From positions 3,072,001 to 3,136,000 of the forward strand of contig OZ253462.1 in the NCBI GenBank assembly GCA_965261395.1: a stretch of DNA of 64,000 nt, read 5' to 3'. Position numbers and translations under genes: made by a program. This document shows, one piece after another, positions 55,173 to 64,000 of the stretch. Positions within the stretch are counted from its first letter, which is position 1. Every line of letters begins with the position of its first letter. The stretch comes from Candidatus Latescibacterota bacterium. Lineage in GTDB: Bacteria > Latescibacterota > UBA2968 > UBA8231. The notes beneath the pieces were generated by a model that saw only the letters and a list, made by a program, of their open reading frames with translations, was not told the origin of the DNA and made no database searches.

Positions 55173-57860
55173 GTGACTAGTCGCCCGCGCGCCGCCGTGC
55201 GCCTCGCCGGTGCGGCTCTGCTGCTCAGTGGCTTGGCCCTCAATCCGCTGGCCCCCGCGCATTTTTCTTTAGGGCATCCGCTTAGCACCGAGAGTATCAT
55301 CGCCCTCCAGATCGCCTTGATTTTTGGCGGCGGTTGGCTCGTTTGGCGATGTCCCCGGCTGCCGCTAGTTCCCATTGTACTCGTTGCCCTCGCCTTTGGC
55401 GCCCTGGCCATTCTCGGGGGATACGGTACGGTCCGCTCACTGCAAAAGGTGCAGGAACGCAACCGGCTTTTGGCGACTATTGACCGCAGCGAAGAGGTAC
55501 AGCAGCACCTGAGCGGCGAGGCCCTGCCGCTCCTCGTTTTGGGGATCTACCAAGGACAACTGCCCGCGCCGCCGGCTCGCGCGCTTTTTGCCGCCACGGT
55601 TGCGGTCGCGGATGTAGAGCAGACCGCAGAGGCGACCGAAGTTGTCCCGGCGTTGGGCATTAAGCGTCAGCACTGGCGGATTGCTTCTATCGAACAGTTC
55701 CGGGGCTCCGACCTCCAGCTATGGGGGTCGCTTTTTGCCGCGCTGCATTCCTGCGACTATGCGGCCTTCCACATTGAGACCGGGCATTTCCTCGACGCGG
55801 AGGCGACACTCTACCAAGCCCGCTTGCGCTTCAACGCTTCGGCGCAGACAAAAGACGGGGAGCGAGCGCAAATTCGGGCTTGGCTGACGCTCGACTGGCA
55901 GCGGCAGGAAGATGCCTCTTGGCGGATTCAGCGCTGGGAGACCGAATCGCTGGAGATGCTCACGCGGGCGCACGCGCTGTTTGCCGAAGTCCTCGACGGG
56001 GCGCTCCCGCGCGACGAGGACCGCACCCGGGCTAGGTTTTCGCGCCACGCCGAACTGGTGCGTCAGTCGTTTTTCGACTCCGCGTTCACCGCACCGCATC
56101 GCTATTTCACCCGCCAGGCCTTTGACCGCCATCCCGGCATCAGCGTCGTGGATATTGACGCCGATGGGTACGACGACCTGTACATTGCCGGGCGCCAAGG
56201 TAGGAACATGCTGTTGCACAATGGCGGCGACGGCACGTTCACTGAGCGCGCGGCCCAATACGGCCTCGATGTGGAGCACCACACCGCGGCTGCGCTCTTC
56301 GCCGACTTTGACAACGACGGCGACCCGGATGTCTTCCTCGGTCGCACGCTCGCGTCTAGCCTCTACTTGGTCAACGAGGACGGTCGCTTTGCCCCCCGCG
56401 ACTTAGGCGATGGCGTCTTGCCGTTCCTCGTGGCCTCGATCTCAGCGGCCGATTACGACGGCGACGGCCTGCTCGACGTGTACTTCTCCACGTATGCCGC
56501 GCGGATGTTGCTCGAAGCGGTCGCCACCGCGTCTGGCGCAAGCGCGCTGTTGGCCGACTTCCTGTCTGCGGACCACGCTCGCACGCTCTACGACCTGAGC
56601 CGCGACCGCATTGGCCACCTCATCCACGACGCGCCCGGGCCGCCCAACGTCCTACTGCGCAACCTCGGCAACGGCCGCTTTGCACCCACTGCCGCGGTGT
56701 GGCGCAATACCTTACAGGCGACTTGGGCCGACTACGACCGCGACGGCGACCCGGATCTCTACCTCGCCAACGACTTTGCCGCCAACAACTTGCTCCGCAA
56801 TGACGGCGGTGCCCTCGTCGATGTCACCGCCGCGAGCGGGGTTGCGGATCCGGGCTTTGGCATGGGTGCGAGCTGGGCCGATTACGACGGAGATGGCCGC
56901 CAAGACCTGTACGTGACCAACATGCACAGCAGCGCCGGTCGCCGCATCACGGCAGCCGCTGGGCGGGCGGGCGCGGCGTTTGCCCCTTTGGCCCGGGGGA
57001 ACTCCCTCCTGAGGAACGGCAGCAAGGGCTTCACTCGCGTTGCGGATTCGCCGGTGGAGGACGGCGGCTGGGGTTGGGGCGGCCAGTTTTTGGACTTTGA
57101 CAACGACGGCGACCTCGACATCTACGCTCTGAGTGGCTACTACACCCCGCCGTCCGCAGTCGCTCTTCCCGAAGATACCTGAAGCCTGTTTTGGCGCACG
57201 GTCGTGCGTCATGGCCGGACGGATGGGGCGTACAACGTAGGAGCGCGGCTCAACGCTGGGGCCTCACTCAGCGGAGACCAGCGCAACCGCCTCTTTCTCA
57301 ATGTAGAAGGCCGCGATTTTATTGAACTGTCGGGCTTGTCGGCGGTGGATTCGCCGGCGGATGGCCGCGCCTTCGCCACCTTGGACTTCGACCGCGACGG
57401 CCGCATTGATTTGGCCGTCGTCAATGCCAATGAGCCGCTCTGCGAGCTGTTTGCCAACCGCAGCAAGGCGGGGCACATCCTCGCGTTGCGGTTTGTGGGG
57501 GGTAATAAGCACGATGAGATCTCGCGTGAATGGAGTACACGCGATGGGTATGGCGTACAAGTGGAAGTGGATGTCGGCGGGAGGACGCTGTTGCGCGAGC
57601 ATCGGGCTGGCGAGGGCTTCTCGGCCCAGAACAGCGCGACCTTGATTGTCGGCTTAGGCGCACATCAACGAGCGGATGCCGTGCGCGTGCGCTGGCCTTC
57701 GGGCCGCACCCAGCACACAACCGACGTGGAGGCCGGTTCGCTGTTGACCGCGTACGAAAACTCTCGGCACTCGCCTACGGGGGCGGCGTTTGTAACCGCG
57801 CCATACTACGTGCCCCCAGATAGCAGCCGACCGCGGCTCCCCGCGCGCCGGCAATTTTAA
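55173..57860 (+). CDS. Membrane-anchored CRTAC1/ASPIC-UnbV FG-GAP protein with an in-frame TGA at 57180-57182 (candidate selenocysteine; 895 aa if read through)
   Basis: ORFs 55173-57182 and 57204-57860 share one frame separated only by TGA plus 7 sense codons (EDT*SLFWRTVVRH); FG-GAP repeats continue after the TGA (DFDRDGRID), followed by the UnbV domain ('GYGVQV...GEGFSAQNS..GLG...VRWPSG'). Confidence 0.75.
57184..57215 (+). promoter_or_regulatory. Candidate bacterial SECIS element
   Basis: Stem UGGCGCAC/GUGCGUCA (57192-57199 with 57204-57211), apical loop GGUC 17 nt after the UGA, lower stem GCC/GGC. Confidence 0.62.
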
Positions 57861-57884
57861 CTGTTAGTCCAGGAGGTATAAAAA

Positions 57885-58610
57885 ATGGTTGCTAATGTTG
57901 CTCATCGGGGTGCGTCGGGAAACTATCCCGAAAATACGTTGATCGCCTTTCAGAAGGCGTTAGAAATTGGCGTTGATGAGATTGAGCTAGATCTCCACAT
58001 GACAAAGGATGACCATCTAATTGTCATGCACGACTCAACCGTAGACCGAACGACAGATGGCACGGGCGCGATTGCAAAACTCACACTAACTGAGATCAAA
58101 GCCCTTGACGCCGGAGGAGTGTTTGGTGAACAGTTTCGGGGTGAGCGTGTGCCAACATGGGAGGAAGCATTAGACCTCGTACAAGGGAAGGTTAGACTCA
58201 ATGTCCACCTCAAAGAAGGGGGCAATCCAGACGGTCGCTATGAACGCAAGGTTGCACAGGCATTGCGCGAGTTTCAGATGGTAGAGGCTTCTATTTTGGC
58301 ATGCAGCGATAAAAGCGTTGGGATTTTTGCCGAGATTGACTCGCGGATTGAGTGCCGGATTTTTCGCGCGAATCGCACACCAGAGGAATATATCCGAAAA
58401 TCGGCAGAGATGGAGCTGCGGACGATGCAGCCGGGACGGGACATCACGACTCGGGAGTTTGTCCAAAAGGCACATGCGGCAGGACGAGTTGTGCACGTCT
58501 TCTATGCGGATACCCCTGAAGATATGCGAGCTTACATCGAGATCGGCGTTGATGGGATTTTGACAAACTATCCGGAACGACTGCAAGCGATCCTCACAGA
58601 AATTGAGTAG
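57885..58610 (+). CDS. Glycerophosphodiester phosphodiesterase family protein
   Basis: 'AHRGASG.YPENT..AF', 'ELDLH.TKD..LIVMHD', 'GVDGILTNYP'. Confidence 0.92.
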   Translation: MVANVAHRGASGNYPENTLIAFQKALEIGVDEIELDLHMTKDDHLIVMHDSTVDRTTDGTGAIAKLTLTEIKALDAGGVFGEQFRGERVPTWEEALDLVQGKVRLNVHLKEGGNPDGRYERKVAQALREFQMVEASILACSDKSVGIFAEIDSRIECRIFRANRTPEEYIRKSAEMELRTMQPGRDITTREFVQKAHAAGRVVHVFYADTPEDMRAYIEIGVDGILTNYPERLQAILTEIE

Positions 58611-58618
58611 AAGAAATA

Positions 58619-60010
58619 TCATGGTACCAACTTTTTGAACACAAAAGCTCCCAACTCGTAGCTAATTACGCGCTCATCGTCGTCAAACTTAAAGAGGGCG
58701 ATTTCTCCGGCTGCACGACCTCCACAAACAAGCCATTCCTCCTCCTTGTCTGTCGGTTCGAGGACTGCCGGGGCATGTAGGGAATACGCCGACCCAGCGT
58801 GAGCCGCAAGCCGTAGGCTGCCGTCGCGCACCTCAATATCCACCTCAATGCCCGGCTCGGCGCGATAATAACCGACAAAACGCCGCCATGCCTCTGGCGT
58901 TGGTGCAAGCGCTGGCTGCTCTGGTACAAGCGGCACCGCTTCGTCGGCATTCAGTACCATTTCAAGTACTTCCTGTGCAATCTCAAGACCTTCGGGCGGG
59001 GGCCACATGTTGATGAGAACAACCACACCGGTTTTCCGCGGAACGTTAAACCACACCTGTGTTCCAAAGCCGTGAATCCCGCCACCGTGATTGTGATAGA
59101 TATGGTCGCCGATGCGGGTTGCTCGCCAGCCTAGACATTGCCCCGCCGACCAGTCCGGCTCGACATATTGCGGTTGTTGAATCTCCACCAGTGTTGATCC
59201 CTTGAGTACCTGTGCCCCGCGGCGATCGCCGCCGTCGCTTTGGAATTGGAACGATACCCACTTTGCCAAGTCGCTGACGGTGGAATGCAGTTGCCCCGCC
59301 GCTGAAATCCCGTTCAGGTGGGCGTAAGGAGCACGTTCAGGACGGTCTTGGTAGGGCGTCGGGTTATAACCGACAAAGAAGTGAGGACGCAATTCGTCCG
59401 TGAGGTCGAAGACCGTGGACGCTAGACCGAGCGGCTCAATAATATTGGCGTGGACGTATTCGATGTATGGCGTGCCGGTGACCCTGTACACCACCTCGCC
59501 GAGTAACCCAAATGCAAGGTTTGAGTATTTGAAAGCGGAGTCCTGCGGGATGACAATCCCTGTCTCCGGCAGTTTGCCAAGCATCTCCTCGCGGCTTGGG
59601 AAGTCGAGATCATGCCAACCGTGCGTCGGCGACTCGGTGACCAATCCGGAGCGATGTGTCAACAATCGTCGGAGCGTCACACCATCGACATCGCCGCGGA
59701 TAGCGCGAGCTGAAGCAAATTCGGGAATGTGCTGTGCCAGTGGATCGTCCAACTTGAGTTGTCCCGCATCCCGCAACTGCATAATCGCAGTTGTCGTGAA
59801 TGTCTTGGTCACGGAGGCGATGCGGGCAATCGTGCTTGCAGTAGGTTTTTTGCCCGAATCAAGATCCGCTGCACCGAACCCGCCGAACCAAGCGAGTTCT
59901 CGATCGCGGATAATGCCGAGTGCGATACCGGGAAGTCTATGCTTGGCAACCGTTGTTGCTGCCAAGCGTTCGATGTCTGGTACCAAGGTTTGGAGAACAC
60001 AATCTGCCAT
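58619..60010 (-). CDS. Serine hydrolase (class C beta-lactamase-like)
   Basis: 'IASVTKTF', 'LLTHRSG', 'YSN', 'SAAGQLHST..DLAKW', 'HGGG'. Confidence 0.88.
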   Translation of the reverse strand: MADCVLQTLVPDIERLAATTVAKHRLPGIALGIIRDRELAWFGGFGAADLDSGKKPTASTIARIASVTKTFTTTAIMQLRDAGQLKLDDPLAQHIPEFASARAIRGDVDGVTLRRLLTHRSGLVTESPTHGWHDLDFPSREEMLGKLPETGIVIPQDSAFKYSNLAFGLLGEVVYRVTGTPYIEYVHANIIEPLGLASTVFDLTDELRPHFFVGYNPTPYQDRPERAPYAHLNGISAAGQLHSTVSDLAKWVSFQFQSDGGDRRGAQVLKGSTLVEIQQPQYVEPDWSAGQCLGWRATRIGDHIYHNHGGGIHGFGTQVWFNVPRKTGVVVLINMWPPPEGLEIAQEVLEMVLNADEAVPLVPEQPALAPTPEAWRRFVGYYRAEPGIEVDIEVRDGSLRLAAHAGSAYSLHAPAVLEPTDKEEEWLVCGGRAAGEIALFKFDDDERVISYELGAFVFKKLVP

Positions 60011-60089
60011 TTGCTTTCCCAAATCCCATGGGCTGCCAATCACGCATCCCGTGCGCGAATGCGGCCAACGCCGTGCTCGAAGCGGTCGC

Positions 60090-61247
60090 CTACGCTTGAT
60101 CCAGCGCCCACCGGGTAGCCGCCACGTGAGTTACGCTGTCGCCGAGGGTCATGTAGTACAGGGTGAACAGCGAGCCGTCCGAAAGCTCGACTGTCCGTGG
60201 ATAACCCAGATCGGCGGGCGTGCCTTTCCCGGCCACCGTCCCATCGGTGGTGAGACCGTCGTCGCGCAGTACGATCTCGTCTGCGATTTCCCACGTTTCG
60301 CAGCCGTCGCGAGACAGGCAGCCCCGCACCCCGTATGGAGCCCGCCGGTATCCGTAGCTGCAGAGGACATCGCCGCTGCTTAGCAGCAACAGGTGAGGAG
60401 GATATCCCCACATCTCGGTCTTTCTGACCTTACTCCAGGTTTTCCCGCCGTCGTCCGAGTGCGTCTGAAACAGGTACTTTTCTTCCTGTGGAATGGCTTT
60501 GCTGCCGCTGGACGTGCGCACCATCGCCACGATGCGTCCGTTCGGCAGCGCCAGGAGGTAGCTCTCGTTGAACGGATGCTCCCCGCCGTCGTACGCCATC
60601 GTCACCATCTCCCAGGTGTCGCCGCCATCTTCCGAGCGCAGCACCCAGGCCTGGAACGGATCGCCTGCCGAGGCGCTGCCGTACACCTGATGCACGATCG
60701 TATCGTCCGCGAGAACGCAGCTCTTCAGGTCAGCCCCGTTGCGGATCAGGGCGAAGAACGGCAGCTCTTCACCGCTCCTGAGCAGACGACTCTCCCAGTC
60801 GCTTTCTCCCGGTCGCTTTCGCGACATCTGCAGGCTGTGCTCCACGTGGATGCGTTCGGGGAACTCCTCCACCGCAAAACCGCGTCGCGCGAACTCCTCC
60901 CTGCGCTCGGGCGGGTACGCGTTGACGGGCCTGGAGATCCTGATCTGGGTGCCGTCGCTCAGCACGGCGCTTCTCTGCGTCTCCGGGCATTCGCGGTACT
61001 GGTCGTCCTTCCCCTCCTCGAACCAGCTGCCTCCGCCGTCCGGAGAGAACAGCTCCACGTGACCGGTTGCGCCTCCCGCCAGTCCACCTGAATGAGAGTG
61101 CGCTGCACCTTCGACGCCACGCGCCAGCGGCGTGTGGGAGTTCCAGTTGAAACCGACCCAGAGCTCGTCGCGGTCTCCCTTTACCACGGTCGGGAAGCTG
61201 GAATACCGAGCGTCGTCCCAGTACAACACGGAATGATTCATAGGCAT
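60090..61247 (-). CDS. Sialidase-like BNR/Asp-box protein
   Basis: 'YSSFP', SPDGGGSW, SEDGGDTW, SDDGGKTW, SRDGCETW, 'DLGYP'. Confidence 0.8.
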   Translation of the reverse strand: MPMNHSVLYWDDARYSSFPTVVKGDRDELWVGFNWNSHTPLARGVEGAAHSHSGGLAGGATGHVELFSPDGGGSWFEEGKDDQYRECPETQRSAVLSDGTQIRISRPVNAYPPERREEFARRGFAVEEFPERIHVEHSLQMSRKRPGESDWESRLLRSGEELPFFALIRNGADLKSCVLADDTIVHQVYGSASAGDPFQAWVLRSEDGGDTWEMVTMAYDGGEHPFNESYLLALPNGRIVAMVRTSSGSKAIPQEEKYLFQTHSDDGGKTWSKVRKTEMWGYPPHLLLLSSGDVLCSYGYRRAPYGVRGCLSRDGCETWEIADEIVLRDDGLTTDGTVAGKGTPADLGYPRTVELSDGSLFTLYYMTLGDSVTHVAATRWALDQA

Positions 61248-61344
61248 ATTGGTTCAAATGCTATAGATTCGCCCCAATTGCAAACCGTCCAATGATAGAC
61301 AAACCGCGGGCGCGCGCAAAACGCGGGTCTGCAACGAGGGCATC

Positions 61345-62898
61345 ATGCAGCCGATAGATATTGGATCGAGCAAGCAGCTTTTCGTCGACGATCGCTTCAT
61401 CGCCACTGGCAACGGAGTGGAGCTCGTGATGAATCCACCCTACCAGGCCACGGAGCCGGTGGTGACCGTTGGCGCCCCTTGGGAAGACCCGTCCAACACG
61501 AGCTTTGGCATTTACAGCAGCGTGTTGCGGGAAGATGACGGTCGCATCCGGCTGTGGTATCACGTGCGCAGGGCAAAGGAGGAATCCGAGCTCAGCCTCG
61601 ACCAGGCCTACGTCGGCTATGCCGAATCGACGGACGGCATCCACTTCGACAAGCCGGAGCTGAACCTAATCGACGAGGGCGGGTCGACCCTCAACAACGT
61701 CGTCATCCCGAGCAAGCTCGGTGGCAGCTCGGTCTGGATCGACCCGCATGCCCCGCCCGAGGAGCGCTACAAGAACCAGTCGAAGGTCTACAATCCCAAT
61801 GTGGCGATGCAGTTCCACATGCACAGCTCGCCGGACGGCATCCACTGGACCTTCCTTCGTCGCATACAGCTTGAACAGCGCGGCGGCTGGGATACGCAGA
61901 GCATTATTTTCTGGGATCCGGCAATCGGGCGGTACGTCCTCTACACCCGCCGCTGGGTCGCAAAACGCCACACCACCGCCCAAGGAAATGAGAACTTCCG
62001 GACGGTCAGAAGGCTCGAGTCCGACGATCTCATCAACTGGGACAACCAGAAGACGGTCATGTCCCCGGACGAGGTAGACTTGGCGACATACGAGACCGGC
62101 GCGCCGTTGGATCCCACCGCGCCGGAAAAACCCTACGGCAGGGTGCCAATGGACTATTACGGCGCAGCCGTGTTCAAGTATCCGGACCCGCACGGCGTGT
62201 ACGTCATGCTCGCCAACGCCAATTGGTACTGGTTCAACCGCGAGCCGGTGGTGACCATGGTCCGCGACGACCTGGATGTCGTGCGCACCGAGACGCAGCA
62301 GATCTACGGGCCCAGCCGCTTCGACGTGCGCCTGTCGGTGAGTCGCGACGGAGTGGACTTCCAGCGCTGTGGCGGACGCCGGCCCTTCCTGAGCCCGGGG
62401 CCCGAAGGCAGTTTCTCCTCACGCATGATCTGGGCAATGCCGCATCCGGTCCGGATGGGTGACGAAATCTGGATCTACTACAGCGGCACCAACAGGGACC
62501 ACGACGGCCTCCTCGACCCGGCGGGCAAGGGCCACCTTTCCGGCATCGGTCGCGCGATTCTTCGGTTGGACGGGTTCGTATCGGCGGATGCGGGCTACGG
62601 CGGCGGCGAAATCGTCACGCCGATTATCCGCTTCGAGGGCGAGCGTTTGGAGCTGAACCTCGACACCGGGGGCGGCGGCGCGGTTCGCGTGGAGCTTCAG
62701 GATGCGTACGGCCGACCGGTCAGCGACTACACAGAGCGCGATGCGTCCTACATCTGCGGCAATTCGGTGCGCATGCCGGTCCGCTGGGGGAAGAGCTGGG
62801 ATGTCAGCTCATTATCCGGGAAACCGATCCGGATCCGTTTTGTCATGCGCGACTGCAAGCTGTACGCGTTTCAGTTCGTCGACTCGCCGAGCTCGTAA
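61345..62898 (+). CDS. Hypothetical glycoside-hydrolase-like beta-propeller protein; paralog of 35662-37038
   Basis: 'QLFVDDRFI', 'YAESTDGIHFDKPEL', 'SPDGIHW', 'SRDGVDF', 'LRLDGFVS', 'LYAFQF'. Confidence 0.75.
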   Translation: MQPIDIGSSKQLFVDDRFIATGNGVELVMNPPYQATEPVVTVGAPWEDPSNTSFGIYSSVLREDDGRIRLWYHVRRAKEESELSLDQAYVGYAESTDGIHFDKPELNLIDEGGSTLNNVVIPSKLGGSSVWIDPHAPPEERYKNQSKVYNPNVAMQFHMHSSPDGIHWTFLRRIQLEQRGGWDTQSIIFWDPAIGRYVLYTRRWVAKRHTTAQGNENFRTVRRLESDDLINWDNQKTVMSPDEVDLATYETGAPLDPTAPEKPYGRVPMDYYGAAVFKYPDPHGVYVMLANANWYWFNREPVVTMVRDDLDVVRTETQQIYGPSRFDVRLSVSRDGVDFQRCGGRRPFLSPGPEGSFSSRMIWAMPHPVRMGDEIWIYYSGTNRDHDGLLDPAGKGHLSGIGRAILRLDGFVSADAGYGGGEIVTPIIRFEGERLELNLDTGGGGAVRVELQDAYGRPVSDYTERDASYICGNSVRMPVRWGKSWDVSSLSGKPIRIRFVMRDCKLYAFQFVDSPSS

Positions 62899-63125
62899 CT
62901 CTGGCGCTCCGTCCGGAGGCAATTGGGGAATGTCTGGTCCCTGTCTCTCAGCACGAACCCGGGGGCCGAGCGAGCGACAACGTACTTCTTGTTCTTGTAT
63001 TTGAGACGGAGGGGGTTCCCTATGTCGTCGAGGGCCGGACGCGTATCGAGGCCATAGGCCGCCGCGCTTACGAAGAAGTTGAGAGGGGACAGTACCTAGC
63101 GCCTTGACAGAGTATCGACAGTGCT

Positions 63126-63998
63126 CTAGTGTGGCCCTACACTTTTCTTTAATCGCGCCATACTACGCATCATCAGCAGTGCCCCCAGATAGCAGCCGAC
63201 CGCGGCCCACAGCGCGACGGCAAAGCCCCAATGCAGGGCGATGAAAACCGCTAGGGCCGCGCCGAAGACCGAGGCCACGCCGTTGATTGCAAATCCCCAG
63301 TCGATGCACTCGCCGACGTAGCGCGCGGCGCGCGGGAAGGGCATGCCCATCAAAAATCCCGGCGGGGCGATTAACGCGCAACTTATGGCGACCCGCACTC
63401 CCCAATCAAGCCCTCCACAGATTGCCACCACGTGCGGGAAGAGCAGCAGATGCGCTGCCGTCCACACGGCGACAAAGACAAACGGCAACCACGGCCCGCC
63501 ACGCTGCGAGTAGAAACTTCCCGCGCCCGAACTCAGCAAGAGCGCCAACAGCACGATTGGAAACGTATAGGCCGAATGGCCCAAGAGCAGGCTGTATTGC
63601 TGGATCCACACCACCTCAATCAGCATGTAACCCATGCCAATGGCGGCGAAGTACAGCCAAGCGCCCCCCGACAGCCCGGCTTGCCCTCGCCGCCGAGGCA
63701 AGAGCAAGAGGGGCACTCCCACCGCGAGGACGACCGCCAGCACGGCCACCACCAGCAGCCGCGCTAGCGGAAATCCGGCAAACTCAAAGGCCAATGCCTG
63801 TTGCTGCCGCCCGCGATCCAAGCGGTCCCAGCGCCCCATCTGCGCGACAAAGGGGCGGTCGTCGGTCGGTGGGCTGATGTCGATGGCCGCGGTGGGCCAA
63901 TGCGCTTCCCAGCCATCGGCGACAATTCGGCTGATTAGGTGCTTGGCCGCGGGGGCAGGATGAAGGGCGCGGCTCGCCGGGTCGGCGGCGGCAAACAG
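63126..63998 (-). CDS. C-terminal part of a spermidine-synthase-like / MFS-type membrane protein (partial at window edge)
   Basis: The frame extends upstream of the listed ATG through 'ISPPTDDRPF'; 'YFAAIGMGYMLIEV', 'LLGH', 'GFLMGMPFP', 'WGFAINGVASVFG'. Confidence 0.8.
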   Translation of the reverse strand: MFAAADPASRALHPAPAAKHLISRIVADGWEAHWPTAAIDISPPTDDRPFVAQMGRWDRLDRGRQQQALAFEFAGFPLARLLVVAVLAVVLAVGVPLLLLPRRRGQAGLSGGAWLYFAAIGMGYMLIEVVWIQQYSLLLGHSAYTFPIVLLALLLSSGAGSFYSQRGGPWLPFVFVAVWTAAHLLLFPHVVAICGGLDWGVRVAISCALIAPPGFLMGMPFPRAARYVGECIDWGFAINGVASVFGAALAVFIALHWGFAVALWAAVGCYLGALLMMRSMARLKKSVGPH

Positions 63999-64000
63999 GG

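Noticed and set aside
57204-57860. Independent ASPIC/UnbV gene
   Set aside because: In frame with the upstream ORF, no SD, start codon inside a hairpin; better explained as the continuation after UGA.

Overview
GC-rich bacterial chromosomal window with no rRNA, tRNA, CRISPR, integrase or transposase visible. A secreted protein ending in 'TAVEAVSWGQVK' and the many BNR/propeller, PhyH and CRTAC1 proteins point to a Ca. Latescibacterota-like, possibly sponge-associated organism; this is inference. Layout: (1) 1-6.9 kb, surface polysaccharide genes (pmm tail, O-antigen ligase, GT4, GT4, GT2, priming sugar transferase). (2) 7-13.5 kb, metabolic genes (aldolase, uppP, mannonate dehydratase, acetate kinase). 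(3) 13.5-28.6 kb, a co-oriented layered defence island. A Septu/PtuAB-like ATPase+HNH pair is flanked by a 75-bp duplication of the ackA 3' end. It is followed by a DUF499/small protein/DUF1156 MTase/PLD-SNF2 restriction-like system, and a Menshen-like DUF262-DUF3696-effector module sits inside that system between 10-bp direct repeats. (4) 28.6-43.5 kb, a membrane pentaheme cytochrome-TPR protein with a CRTAC1 lipoprotein, three TA-like pairs and a decayed BsuBI/PstI-type RM system. (5) 43.6-64 kb, catabolic and hypothetical genes. The top observation is a CRTAC1/ASPIC-UnbV gene (55173-57860) interrupted by a single in-frame TGA that is immediately followed by an fdhF-like SECIS hairpin (GGUC loop), making it a candidate selenoprotein. 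Host-like DNA also shows apparent CCWGG erosion, which appears absent from at least one foreign-looking gene. Family names come from motif recognition, not database searches.
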